Assembly: GCF_964355755.1 (NCBI RefSeq)
Contig: NC_092676.1
Location: forward strand, 22,090,871-22,154,870
DNA: 64,000 bases
Reading direction: 5' to 3'
Origin: Antedon mediterranea
Lineage: Eukaryota; Animalia; Echinodermata
Positions within the stretch are counted from its first letter, which is position 1; every line of letters starts with the position of its first letter. The notes under the pieces were generated by a model. That model searched no databases. It saw nothing but the letters and a program-made list of their open reading frames with translations, and was not told the origin of the DNA. This document shows, piece by piece, positions 26,801 to 41,800 of this stretch. The position numbers and the translations under genes are program-made.

Positions 26801-29800
26801 GACTGAATTATGATATTACTTCGATATTAACAATTAAGGAGTTTTATTTTTTTTAATAATTTATATTAATAATATTAAATAATTGTGAAACTAATATCTC
26901 TTTCAAACTTTCCATTACTTAATTAATTGTAGCAATTTTGTATGAGAAATAAAATGTTAAAATTATCTTAATTTAACATAGTATATTATTATGTTGACAT
27001 TTGAGGAAACAGAGAGACACAATTGATATTGTAATTACTCCATGCTTATTCTGTGCATTCTTTTTCTATTTGAGGTCCTTGTATGGTAATCAAATAAGTA
27101 CATTGCCAGCCAATACATTTGCTAATTTGACAGCATTGGAAACTCTGTAAGTGTATTGCTTTTTTACATATTTACAAGTTTGTCTTTATTTACTAATTAT
27201 ATTACACATTAATAATTAATAACAATTATTATTTTTATAGGTTAAAAATAGAACTTTAAAAACAGAATTTTAATATTATTTTTTCAGGTTAATTATAAGG
27301 AGTCTTATTTTTTTTCAAATAGTATTTATTATTAGTATATTAAATTATATTTTAAACTATTATCGTGTCCATGCTTGCAAACACTTAATTATTGCTTAGT
27401 AATTTTGTATGAGAATGAAAATGTAAAACCTGCCCAGTGGGCACAGAACATAATTTCAACGTTGAATCAACGTTGAAATATAGTTTATTTGTTGAAATCA
27501 TGTTGTCAGCGTTTTTCAAATGTTGAATCAACGTTGAAATAACATTTTTTCCCTAACTATTTTTTTTACGTTTAGTAATAAACATTGAATCAACGTTGAA
27601 ATAACATTTTCTTTTTAACTAGTAATTTATGTTAATTAATAAATGTTGGTTTAACGTTGAAATAACATTGTCTTTCTAACAAATGTTTTACGTTAATTTA
27701 TCAATGTTGATCCAACGTTGAAATAACATTGTTTTTAAAACAAATGTTTTACGTTAATTTATAAATGTTGATTCAACGTTGAAATAACATTGTATTTTTA
27801 ACTAGAAATTTACGTTAATTTATCAATGTTGATCCAACGTTAAAATAACATTGTCCTTCTAACTAGTAATTTACGTTAATTTATCAATGTTGATTTAACG
27901 TTGAAATAACATTGTCTTTCTAACTAGTAATTTACGTTAATTTGTCAATGTTGATCCAACGTTGAAATAACATTGTATTTTTAACTAGAAATTTACGTTA
28001 ATTTATCAATGTTGATCCAACGTTAAAATCACATTGTATTTTTAACTCGAAATTTACGTTAATTTATCAATGTTGATCCAAAGTTGAAATAACATTGTAT
28101 TTTTAACTAGTAATTTACGTTAATTTATCAATGTTGATCCAACGTTGAAATAACATTGTATTTTTAACTAGTAATTTACGTTAATTTATCAATGTTGATC
28201 CAACGTTGAAATAACAATGTATTTTAAACTAGAAATTTACGTTAATTTATTAATGTTGATCCAACGTTGAAATAACATTGTATTTTTAACTAGAAATTTA
28301 CGTTACTTTATGAATGTTAATCCAACGTTGAAATAACATTGTCTTTTTAACTAGTAATTTAAGTTAATTTATCATTGTTGATCCAACGTTGAAATAACAT
28401 TGTCTTTCTAACTAGTAATTTACGTTAATTTATCAATGTTGATCCAACGTTAAAATCACATAGTATTTTTAACTAGAAATTTACGTTAATTTATCAATGT
28501 TGATCCAACGTTGAAATAACATTGTATTTTTAACTAGTAATTTACGTTAATTTATCAATGTTGATCCAACGTTAAAATCACATAGTATTTTTAACTAGAA
28601 ATTTACGTTAATTTATCAATGTTGATCCAACGTTGAAATAACATTGTATTTTAACTAGTAATTTACGTTAATTTATCAATGTTGATCCAACCTTGAAATA
28701 ACATTGTATTTTTAATTAATAATTTACGTTAATTTATCAATGTTGATCCAACGTTGAAATAACATTGTCTTTTTAACTAGTAATTTAAGTTAATTTATCA
28801 TTGTTGATCCAACGTTGAAATAACATTGTCTTTCTAACTAGTAATTTACGTTAATTTATCAATGTTGATCCAACGTTAAAATCACATAGTATTTTTAACT
28901 AGAAATTTACGTTAATTTATCAATGTTGATCCAACGTTGAAATAACATTGTATTTTTAACTAGTAATTTACGTTAATTTATCAATGTTGATCCAACGTTA
29001 AAATCACATAGTATTTTTAACTAGAAATTTACGTTAATTTATCAATGTTGATCCAACGTTGAAATAACATTGTATTTTAACTAGTAATTTACGTTAATTT
29101 ATCAATGTTGATCCAACCTTGAAATAACATTGTATTTTTAATTAATAATTTACGTTAATTTATCAATGTTGATCCAACGTTGAAATAACATTGTATTTTT
29201 AACTAGAAATTTACGTGAATTTATTAATGTTGATCCAACGTTGAAATAACATTGTATTTTTAACTAGAAATTTACGTTAATTTATTAATGTTGATCCAAC
29301 GTTGAAATAACATTGTCTTTCTAACTAGTAATTTACGTTGATTTATCAATGTTGATACAACGTTGAAATAACATTGTCTTTATATCTAGAAATTTACGTT
29401 AATTTATCAATGTTGATCCAACGTTGAAATAACATTGTATTTTTAACAAGAAATTTACATTAATTTATCAATGTTGATCCAACGTTGCAATAACATTGTA
29501 TTTTTAACTAGAAATTTACGTTAATTTATCAATGTTGATCCAACGTTGAAATAACATTGTCTTTCTAACTAGTAATTTACGTTGATTTATCAATGTTGAT
29601 CCAACGTTGAAATAACATTGTATTTCTAACTAGTAATTTTTTTCAAACAGTTATTATTTTTGTTTTTCAATGTTATTCCAACGTTATTTTAACGTTGAAA
29701 TCCAGTTGTCATTTTCAAATGACATGTTTTCAACGTTGAAAAACTCTTGAAATTATGTTGTTTTTTCAAACAATTATTATTTTTTTTTCAATGTTAATTA

Positions 29801-32800
29801 AACGTTAAATTAAAGATAAATTCTATTTAATACTTTGGTTAAAATGACATGTTTTTAACGTTTAATATTAAATAATTGTTTAAGTGCATTGCCATTGATG
29901 TTTCAACGTTAAATTAACATTAGATTTCAGTTGGCGGTTTATTTTATCATCCTTTATTGTAAAACAAATGATTATTGGTTATTTAGGAATTTTAGATTGG
30001 CAAATTGTCTCTGTATAATACAAAAATGTTCTAAGAAGTTGTTGAAAATTGAATGATCCTTTCATGCAAGATCAAATTTCATAAGATACGTGCTTGTCAT
30101 TGGTTAGTTTCGTTTTGATAAAATTTTGAAACTGGTGTCAGTAATTTCAGTTACTTCGACATAGGCTAGGCCTACAGTAGTAGTGGTGTGTAGAAAAAAA
30201 AGGCTCATCATTGAAATTGTCAAATAAGTATGTTTTGAGGTAGGAAAACAATCTTTTTTATTTGTAATCTACTAATTTATAAGCTTTGAGCTTGACTATT
30301 TTACCCTTATCAAACAATAGCTAGCCTCTAGTCTAGGCCACACATGCATAGCTAGGCTATAGCCTGGTAGGCTAGGCCTATATAGGCTAGGCTAGTAGGC
30401 TAGGCAGGCTGCCAAACTGATGAACTGAATTCACTCACTAGGCCTAGTGGAAGCATTTAGTATTATGCATGTCAAGTGCAAACATTTGCCTTGCCAAGGA
30501 TAACTACAGTTCTGTACTTATTATGGTTATAAAATGGTATGTATTAGGCCTAGGCTAGGCCTTTTAGTTCAATAATACTTTCTTTATTTATCCAAAAGTA
30601 TACATAAATATAACATTATAATATTTAATTAGTTGGCCTAGCCTAGCTAGCTTTCTGCTAGGCTGTCTACAGTAGCTGCTAATGCTATTATTAGTGTTAA
30701 TAGTATACAAACACATGTTGCTTGCCTAGCCTAGGACGGCTATTTGTTAAACTTACTCGCTTTCTTTATTTCAGATTGTAGGCCTAGCTAAGGCCCTTAG
30801 GCCTATGCCTAGCTAGAGTACAAAATAATGAAGTACATGTAGGCCTATAATCTTTTCTATGTGAATCAAACGAGAAAAATCTAATGGATGATCAATATTT
30901 TTATATACAAAAGGTTGGTATTTATAGTTCTTAACTTTAATATTGAATTGAATAAATATTACGCCGTGGTTAGGATTCCGGCACCGCAACTCAACTTCCC
31001 ATCGTTAGGGAATCCGACACGCTATTGCGCATGCCCAGAGCGAAGTAATTATAGCTTGCACTAGTGCCACAGACCGCGCACCACATTACCCGAGAGTCGG
31101 AGTGTTAACTAGGGATGTACTGTGTAGCCAAAGATATCTTTGCTGTGGCCTAGTTAGTCGTCGCGCGGGGGAGAGAGCGATGGATGAAACTTGGCCTAGG
31201 CCATACATGAATTAATAATTATGCCACGCGTTAAAATAATTATTATGATATTGATAAGAATCAGCTTGCATATTTCAAGAAATGTACGAAAATGAATAGC
31301 GTAGCGTTGCGACACCGACTTCTCCCGAATAGGTCTGTTTTATTTTTTCACATCCGCACGGCGGCTGCTGTCAACAAATCAACTTGTATACGATTGCATG
31401 ATGTTATGTACAGTATAAATGCGTTAAATGAAATCTTTTATTTTGTACTTGAAAAATCATAAAAATTAAAACTAGTCATGCAATTATAATTCATAAATAT
31501 ATAAAGTTTATATATGAATGAAGCAAATTTAATTACGAAATAAATAGGCCCAATGGTCACATCTAGCTGGTAGGCCTACTAGTATTAGTAGGCATGTAGG
31601 CCGGCTAGTTCGCCGTGGCGCAGCTATTAAAATGATCCATCGCTGTAAAGCTTGGTTCCCACTAGAACGTAACGCAAGGACGTAAACGCAACGCAAGCGT
31701 TTTAACCAATGACAAGCGAAGTTATAGACAGTTAGCAATCACAAGCGAATAAGCCATCGCTTGTGATTGGTCAATTTACTTGCGTTGCGTTACGTCCTTG
31801 TGTTGCGTCGCTAGTGGGAACCACGCTTTGGTCTGTTGTAGACAAAAATAGAGTCGCCGAATACCTCGCTCTGGGCATGCGAAATAGCGTGTCGGATTCC
31901 CTAACGCTGGGCAGTTGAGTTTCGTTGCCGGAATCCTAACCACGGCGTAAATATTAATACAGTGTTGCAATATTATTTACATAAATTGAATTGATTGCAT
32001 AGTTTACAAGTAAGTGTGAAATGATGTTCTGAATTGAATTTTTGTTTATGTACAGTATGATTTTTGAACAATGTGTTAAAGATATAATTGAACTGAACAA
32101 TTTTTTTTTAAATGTTTTGTTGAATATGCCGTCACTATAGAGTTGTTCACTTTGACCAAAAATTAGATTTTAAAAAATGCATTTGTACCTTAAAAGGGGG
32201 ACAATTTAAACAAACAATTGGTTTTTGGTTAAATGTACTGTTTATTTTGTATTTTTGTTAAGTGAAATCTTTATTGTTTTTGTTTATTTTCTACGGCAAG
32301 TGAATATCTAAATTGTTAAAATTGCAAAATGGCAAGGTATTCAAAGTATGATTGTATTAATCTTCATTGTTCATGTTTTTTGGGGACAATAAATCTTTCA
32401 ACAATTAATTTTTTACTGTATTATTTTTGTTTAAAACTACAGTAACGTGATTGAATTTGTTTCAGGTTTGGAAAAATAATATTGCCACACTTTTGGAAAG
32501 CATAGGACAATGTCAACACAGGAATCGAGGCAACTGTTTATTGACTAATCGGAACAATGCAATTACAGTATTGTGTTATTACCATCATTTGGACTTCTGC
32601 AACATTAGCACAAGGCACCTGTGACGTGTGTTGTATTTATTGTGTTTTACTGTAATCAGCCAATATTTATAGTTATTCAATCATGTTAGTTGGCAAACAT
32701 ATTACAAACTGGTTATTAGTATATTTTTTATACTTAACATTGGTACCTGAGAACTGTCAGTGAGGATGTACATTATTTGATTGTTGCTTGGATTTTGCCT

Positions 32801-35800
32801 GATGATTTGATAACACCTGATTAAATGTTATTTTATGTTTTTATAGAAATTAAAGATTAGTAAGATATACAGTATTTATAAAATGTCTCTATTGATGGAT
32901 TCTGCGATGTAACAGTAACTTTACTACTAACTACTTTAAAACCGTTGATTCAAATTGGATATAGTAATTCAACAAATCAAATTTCAACGTTAAATCTATG
33001 TTTAAATTTACGTTGATGCAAATTTTCATTTCAACTTAATTATTACGTTGTTTCAACGTTAATAATGTCAACATTGAATCAACATTGATAATTTCAACGT
33101 AGACATTTTTACGTTGTTTCAACGTTGATAATCTATGTTGAATCAACGTTGACATTTTTGTTGAGGCAAACTTTCATTTTCAACGTTATTTTAACGTTAC
33201 CTATTTTAACGTTGTTTCAACGTTGATAATTTCTATGTTGATTCAACGTTGACATTTACGTTGAGGCAAACTTTCATTTTCAACCATTTTTTCAACGTTA
33301 TTTCAACGTTACCTATTTTAACGTTGTTTCAACGTTGATAATTTCTATGTTGATTCAACGTTGACATTTAAGTTGAGGCAAACTTTCATTTTCAACCATT
33401 TTTTCAACGTTATTTCAACGTTACTTATTTTAACGTTGTTTCAACGTTGATAGTTTCTATGTTGATTCAACGTTGACATTTACGTTGAGGCAAACTTTCA
33501 TTTTCAACCATTTTTTCAACGTTATTTCAACGTTACTTATTATAACGTTGTTTCAACGTTGATAATTTCTATGTTGATTCAACGTTGACATTTACGTTGA
33601 GGCAAACTTTCATTTTCAACCACTTTTTCAACGTTATTTCAACGTTTGCAGATAACGTTGAATTAACGTTAATTCAACCAATTTTTGCCCACTGGGTGTA
33701 TTATTTTACCATGAAATTCAAGTGTAAGAGTTTTTATCTATGTTATACTTGCAATCTATTAATTAATTGTTGTCTGTTTATGAAAGTTAGAATGTTTAAA
33801 TTATCTTGATTTACCATTCAGTATATATTGACATCATTTTAAGTTCAATAGTTATACCCATACAGTATAAAGTATAATGTAGTATTACTAATGTAAATAA
33901 TTTAAACATTTGAGGATTCAAACAGAAAGACAGAATTATTGATATTGTAATTACTCCGTGTGCTTATTCTGTGCATTCTTTTTCTATTTGAGGTACTTGT
34001 CTGATAATCAAATAAGTACATTGCCAGCCAATGCATTTGCTGGTTTGACAGCATTGAAAAGATTGTAAGTGTATTGCTTTGTTTATGTATATTGTCACAA
34101 AATGTATTTATGAATTTGCTTTTCCTTCATCCAAGCTACATGGTAGATGGATGAAGATATTGTTTTTAACCACGTGACTATGTGGCTTAGGTTTTTTTTT
34201 CTATATATTATATATTGTTGTTGTTTATATATAATTTGTTATTGAGCTATGGAGAATTACTTTTTTTTTCGAAATAAAAGATGAATGAATGAATGAATAT
34301 TGATTAATATTTCAATAGGTTAAAATTAGAACGTTAAAACCAGTCTGAATTCATCCAGCATAAATAAATTACGCTATTCACTTTTGTCAGAAACAGTATT
34401 AACAATTGAAAATTATTACAGTATTATTATTGTGTTAATTCATATTTAAAAACAGGTGTAAATTAATCCAGTAAATGACTGAATTATGATATTACTTCGA
34501 TATTAACAATTAAGGAGTTTTATTTTTTTTAATAATTTGTATTAATAATATTAAATAATTGTGAAACTAATATCTCTTTCAAACTTTCCATTACTTAATT
34601 AATTGTAGCAATTTTGTATGAGAAATAAAATGTTAAAATTATCTTAATTTAAAGATGTATTGTCCCTTTGACTAATTACAAAAAAATAAAAAATAACACA
34701 TTTCGAAAAAAAAGTGGGTCATTTTGAACTATCATAATAGTTATTAACTATTACCAAAAATTTGTTGAAAAAAAAATCATTTAACTGAAATACAGACGTT
34801 TTTTTGTTAAAAAAATAACTTTGACTTCCATTCAAAGTTTTCGATCAAAACATATCCCATAATGAAACGTGCTTGTTTGGCTACTCTGTATATGCATAAT
34901 CATAAAACTTCCTCACGATCTGTGTGAAAATACCTTCTCAACAGTGACGAGTTGTAAACAATCCTAATTAGCATATGCATAATGCATACTCGTAGATTGA
35001 AATCTTTGTTTACTTTCGCTCGCGACGATTTTCCAGACGAAATGTAATCAAACTAATTTACCTGTTAATTATGTAAAATTGTTGCTTTTGGCTCGAATTT
35101 TCGACTTAAAGTGAACAACTTTAATATTATTTTGATATGGCCAATTTAGATTTAGAATATTTTGACCTTCATTTTTTGTGTTTCAAGGGACAATACATCT
35201 TTAACATAGTATATAATTATGTTGACATCATTCAAGTAATAGAGTTGATACTAAACCCATGCAGTATAACTATAATGTTACTAATGTAGATAATTTATAC
35301 ATTTGAGGAAACAGAGAGACACAAATAATTGATATTGTAATTACTCCATGCTTATTCTGTGCATTCTTTTTCTATTTGAGGTACTTGTATGATAATCAAA
35401 TAAGTACATTGTCAGCCAATGCATTTGTTGGTTTGACAGCATTGGAAGAACTGTAAGTGTATTGCTTTTTTACATATTTACAAGTTTGTCTTTATTTACT
35501 AATTATATTACACATTAATAACAATTATTATTTTTATAGGTTAAAAATAGAACTTTAAAAACAGAATTTTAATATTATTTTTTCAGGTTAATTATAAGGA
35601 GTCTTATTTTTTCTCAAATAGTATTTATTATTAGTATATTAAATTATATTTTAAACTATTATCTTGTCCATGCTTGCAATCACTGAATTATTGTTTAGTA
35701 ATTTTGTATGAGAATGAAAATGTAAAACCTGTATTATTTTACCATGAAATTCAAGTTTAAGAGTTATTATCTATGTTATACTTGCAATCTATTAATTAAT

Positions 35801-38800
35801 TGTTGTCTGTGTATGAAAGTTAGAATGTTTAAATTATCTTGATTTACCATTCAGTATATATTGACATCATTTTAAGTTCAATAGTTATACCCATACAGTA
35901 TAAAGTATAATGTAGTATTACTAATGTAAATAATTTAAACATTTGAGGATTCAAACAGAAAGACAAAATAATTTATATTGTAATTACTCCGTGTGCTTAT
36001 TCTGTGCATTCTTTTTCTATTTGAGGTACTTGTTTTATAATCAAATAAGTACATTGCCAGCCAATGCATTTGCTGGTTTGACAGCATTGAAAAGACTGTA
36101 AGTGTATTGCTTTGTTTATGTATATTGTCACAAAATGTATTTATATATTGTTGTTGTTTATGTATAATTTGTTATTGAGCTATGGAGAATTACTTTTTTT
36201 TTCGGAAATAAAAGATGAATGAATGAATGAATATTAATTAATATTTCAATAGGTTAAAATTAGAACGTTAAAACCAGTCTGAATTCATCCAGCATAAATA
36301 ATTACGCTATTCATTTTTGTCAGAAACAGTATTAACAATTGAAAATTATTACAGTATTATTATTGTGTTAATTCATATTTCTATAGGATAAAAAATAGGA
36401 CTCTAAAAACAGGTGTAAATTAATCCAGTAAATGACTGAATTATGATATTACTTCGATATTAACAATTAAGGAGTTTTATTTTTTTTTAATAATTTGTAT
36501 TAATAATATTAAATAATTGTGAAACTAATATCTCTTTCAAACTTTCAATTACTTAATTAATTGTAGCAATTTTGTATGAGAAATAAAATGTTAAAATTAT
36601 CTTAATTTAACATAGTATATAATTATGTTGACATCATTCAAGTAATAGAGTTGATACTAAACCCATGCAGTATAACTATAATGTTACTAATGTAGATAAT
36701 TTATACATTTGAGGAAACAGAGAGACACAAATAATTGATATTGTAATTACTCCATGCTTATTCTGTGCATTCTTTTTCTATTTGAGGTACTTGTCTGATA
36801 ATCAAATAAGTACATTGTCAGCCAATGCATTTGCTAATTTGACAGCATTGGAAGAACTGTAAGTGTATTGCTTTTTTACATATTTACAAGTTTGTCTTTA
36901 TTTACTAATTATATTACACATTAATAACAATTATTATTTTTATAGGTTAAAAATAGAACTTTAAAAACAGAATTTTAATATTATTTTTTCAGGTTAATTA
37001 TAAGGAGTCTTATTTTTTCTCAAATAGTATTTATTATTAGTATATTAAATTACATTTTAAACTATTATCTTGTCCATGCTTGCAATCACTTAATTATTGT
37101 TTAGTAATTTTGTATGAGAATGAAAATGTAAAACCTGTATTATTTTACCATGAAATTCAAGTGTAAGAGTTTTTATCTATGTTATACTTGCAATCTATTA
37201 ATTAATTGTTGTCTGTGTATGAAAGTTAGAATGTTTAAATTATCTTGATTTACCATTCAGTATATATTGACATCATTTTAAGTTCAATAGTTATACCCAT
37301 ACAGTATAAAGTATAATGTAGTATTACTAATGTAAATAATTTAAACATTTGAGGATTCAAACAGAAAGACAGAATTATTGATATTGTAATTACTCCATGT
37401 GCTTATTCTGTGCATTCTTTTTCTATTTGAGGTCCTTGTCTGATAATCAAATAAGTACATTGCCAGCCAATGCATTTGCTGGTTTGACAGCATTGAAAAG
37501 ACTGTAAGTGTATTGCTTTGTTTATGTATATTGTCACAAAATGTATTTATATATTGTTGTTGTTTATGTATAATTTGTTATTGAGCTATGGAGAATTACT
37601 TTTTTTTTTTCGAAATAAAAGATGAATGAATATTAATTAATATTTTAAAAGGTTAAAATTAGAACTTTCAAACCAGTGTGAATTCATCCAGCATAAATAA
37701 ATTACGCTATTCATTTTTTCAGATAAAATTACTAACAATTTAAAATTATTACAGGAATATTATTGTGTTAATTCATTAATTGATATTTCCATAGGATAAC
37801 AAATAGAATTTTAAAAACAAGTGTAAATTCATCTAGCATGAATGAATTTTAATATTATTTTTTTTTTTTCAGATTAATTATAAGGAATCTTATTTTTTTT
37901 TAATAGTATTTTTGTTATTAGTAATATTAAATAATATTTTAAACTATTATCTTGTTCATGCATGCAATCTCTTAATTATTGTTTAGTGATTTTGTATGAG
38001 AATGAAAATATAATGACTGTATTATTTTACCATGTGATTCAAGTTTACTCGCAATCTATTAATTAATATTGTTGTAGTATGTGTATGCAACTTAGAATGT
38101 TCAAATTATCTATCATTTAAGTACAAGAGTTGATACTAAACCCCATGCAGTATAACTATAATGTTACTAATGTAGATAATTTATACATTTGACGAAACAG
38201 AGAGACACAAATAATTGATATTGTAATTACTCCATGCTTATGCTGTGCATTCTTTTTCTATTTGAGGTACTTGTCTGATAATCAAATAAGTACATTGCCA
38301 GCCAATACATTTGCTAATTTGACAGCATTGGAAGAACTGTAAGTGTATTGCTTTTTTACATATTTACAAGTTTGTCTTATTTACACAATAATAACAATTA
38401 TTATTTTTATAGGTTAAAAATAGAACTTTAAAAACAGAATTTTAATATAATTTTTTCAGGTTAATTATAAGGAATCTTATTTTTTTTCAAATAGTATTTA
38501 TTATTAGTATATTAAATTATATTTTAAACTATTATCTTGTTCATGCATGCAATCACTGAATTATTGTTTAGTAATTTTGTATGAGAATGAAAATGTAAAG
38601 ATTGTATTATTTTACTATGATTTTCAAGTGTAAGAGTTTTTATCTATTTTATACTTGCAATCTATTAATTAATTGTTGTCTGTGTATGAAAGTTAGAATG
38701 TTTAAATTATCTTGATTTACCATTCAGTATATATTGACATCATTTTAAGTTCAATAGTTATACCCATACAGTATAAAGTATAATGTAGTATTACTAATGT

Positions 38801-41800
38801 AAATAATTTAAACAATTGAGGAAACAGAGAGACACAAATAATTGATATTGTAATTACTCCGTGTGCTTACTCTGTGCATTCTTTTTCTATTAAAGGTACT
38901 TGTATGATAATCAAATAAGTACATTGCCAGCCAATGCATTTGCTGGTTTGACAGCATTGAAATGGCTGTAAGTGTATTGCTTTGTTTATGTATATTTACA
39001 ATTTTATCTTAATTTACTTTTATATTACATTAATATAAATTAATATTTTAAAAGGTTAAAATTAGAACTTTCAAACCAGTGTGAATTCATCCAGCATAAA
39101 TAAATTACGCTTTTCATTTTGTCGGATACAAGTATTAACAATTTTAATATATTACAGGAATATTATTATGTTAAATCATTAATTGATATTTCCATAGGAT
39201 AAAAAATAGAATTTTAAAAACAAGTGTAAATTCATCTAGCATGAATGAATTTTAATATTTGTTTTTCAGATTAATTATAAGAAATCTTATTTTTTTTTAA
39301 TAGTATTTATTATTAGTAATAGGCCTATTAAATAATATTTTAAACTATTATCTTGTTCATTCTTACAAATCTCTTAATTATTGTTTAGTAATTTTGTATG
39401 AGAATGAAAATTTAATGACTGTATTATTCTACTATGATTTTCAAGTGTAAGAGTTTTTATCTATGTTATACTTGCAATCTATTAATTAATTGTTGTCTGT
39501 GTATGAAAGTTAGAATGTTTAAATTATCTTGATTTACCATTCAGTATATTGACATCATTTTAAGTTCAATAGTTATACCCATACAGTATAAAGTATAATG
39601 TAGTATTACTAATGTAAATAATTTAAACAATTGAGGAAACAGAAAGACAGAAATTATTGATATTGTATTTACTCCATGTGCTTACTCTGTGCATTCTTTT
39701 TCTATTGGAGGTACTTGGATGGTAATCAAATAAGTACATTGCCAGCCAATACATTTGCTGGTTTGACAGCATTGAAATATCTGTAAGTGTATTGCTTTGT
39801 TTATGTATATTGTCACAAAATGTATTTATGAATTTGCTTTTCCTTCATCCAATCTACATGGTAGATGGATGAAGATATTGTTTTTAATCACGTGACTATG
39901 TGGCGTAGGTTTTTTTAAATATATCTATATATATATATTGTTGTTGTTTATATATAATTTGTTATTGAGCTATGGAGAATTACTTCTTTTTCCGGAATAA
40001 AAGATGAATGAATGAATGAATATTGATTAATATTGCAATAGGTTAAAATTAGAACTTTAAAACCAGTGTGAATTCATCCAGCATTAATAAATTACGCTAT
40101 TCATTTTTGTCAGAAACAGTATTAACAATTGAAAATTATTACAGTATTGTTATTGTGTTAATTCATATTTCCATAGAATAAAAAATAGGACTTTAAAAAC
40201 AGGTGTACATTAATCCAGTAAATGACTGAATTATGATATTACTTCGATATTAACAATTAAGGAGTTTTATTTTTTTAAATAATTTGTATTAATAATATTA
40301 AATAATTATGAAACTAATATCTCTTTCAAACTTTCAATTACTTAATTAATTGTAGCAATGTTGTATGAGAAATAAAATGTTAAAATTATCTTAATTTAAC
40401 ATAGTATATATGTTGACATCATTCAAGTAATAAAGTTGACACTAAACCCATGCAGTATAACTATAATGTTACTAATGTAGATAATTTATACATTTGAGGA
40501 AACAGAGAGACACAAACAATTGATATTGTAATTACTTCATGCTTATTCTGTGCATTCTTTTTCTATTTGAGGTACTTGTATGAAAATCAAATAACTACAT
40601 TGCCAGCCAATACATTTGCTAATTTGACAACATTGGAAGAACTGTAAGTGTATTGCTTTTTTACATATTTACAAGTTTGTCTTTATTTACTAATTATATT
40701 ACACATTAATAACAATTATTATTTTTATAGGTTAAAAATAGAACTTTAAAAACAGAATTTTTAATATTATTTTTTCAGGTTAATTATAAGGAGTCTTATT
40801 TTTTTTCAAATAGTATTTATTATTAGTATATTAAATTATATTTTAAACTATTATCTTGTCCATGCTTGAAATCACTTAATTATTGTTTAGTAGTTTTGTA
40901 TGAGAATGAAAATGTAAAGATTGTATTATTTTACCATGAAATTCAAGTGTAAGAGTTTTTATCTATGTTATACTTGCAATCTATTAATTAATTGTTGTCT
41001 GTGTATGAAAGTTAGAATGTTTAAATTATCTTGATTTACCATTCAGTATATATTGACATCATTTTAAGTTCAATAGTTATACCCATACAGTATAAAGTAT
41101 AATGTAGTATTACTAATGTAAATAATTTAAACATTTGAGGAAACAGAAAGACACAAATAATTGATATTGTAATTACTCCATGTGCTTACTCTGTGCATTC
41201 TTTTTCTATTAAAGGTACTTGTATGATAATCAAATAAGTACATTGCCAGCCAATGCATTTGCTGGTTTGACAGCATTGAAATGGCTGTAAGTGTATTTCT
41301 TTGTTTATGTATATTTACAATTTTATCTTAATTTACTTTTATATTACATTAATATAAATTAATATTTCAAAAGGTTAAAATTAGAACTTTCAAACCAGTG
41401 TGAATTCATCCAGCATAAATAAATTAGGCTTTTCATTTTGTCAGATACAAGTATTAAAAATGTTATAATATTACAATAATATTATTGTGTTAATTCATTA
41501 ATTGATATTTCCATAGGATAAAAAATAGATTTTTAAAAACAAGAATAAATTCATCTAGCATGAATGAATTTTAATATTTGTTTTTCAGATTAATTATAAG
41601 GAATCTTATTTTTTTTAAATAGTATTTATTATTAGTAATATTAAATAATATTTTAAACTATTATCTTGTTCATGCATGCAATCTCTTAATTATTGTTTAG
41701 TGATTTTGTATGAGAATGAAAATTTAATGACTGTATTATTTTACCATGTGATTCTAGTTTACTTGCAATCTATTAATTAATATTGTTGTAGTATGTGTAT

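Larger units (their letters stand above)
27433..33696. mobile_element. EnSpm/CACTA-type non-autonomous transposon (6264 bp)
   Basis: TIR CCCAGTGGGCA, 2-bp TSD TG, AACGTT-rich subterminal repeats. The empty site aaaaccTGtattatttt is seen in paralogous units (35725, 37131). Confidence 0.85.

Noticed and set aside
27460-29640. CRISPR-like regular array
   Set aside because: No unique spacers; it is a head-to-tail satellite inside a eukaryotic transposon, with no cas genes.
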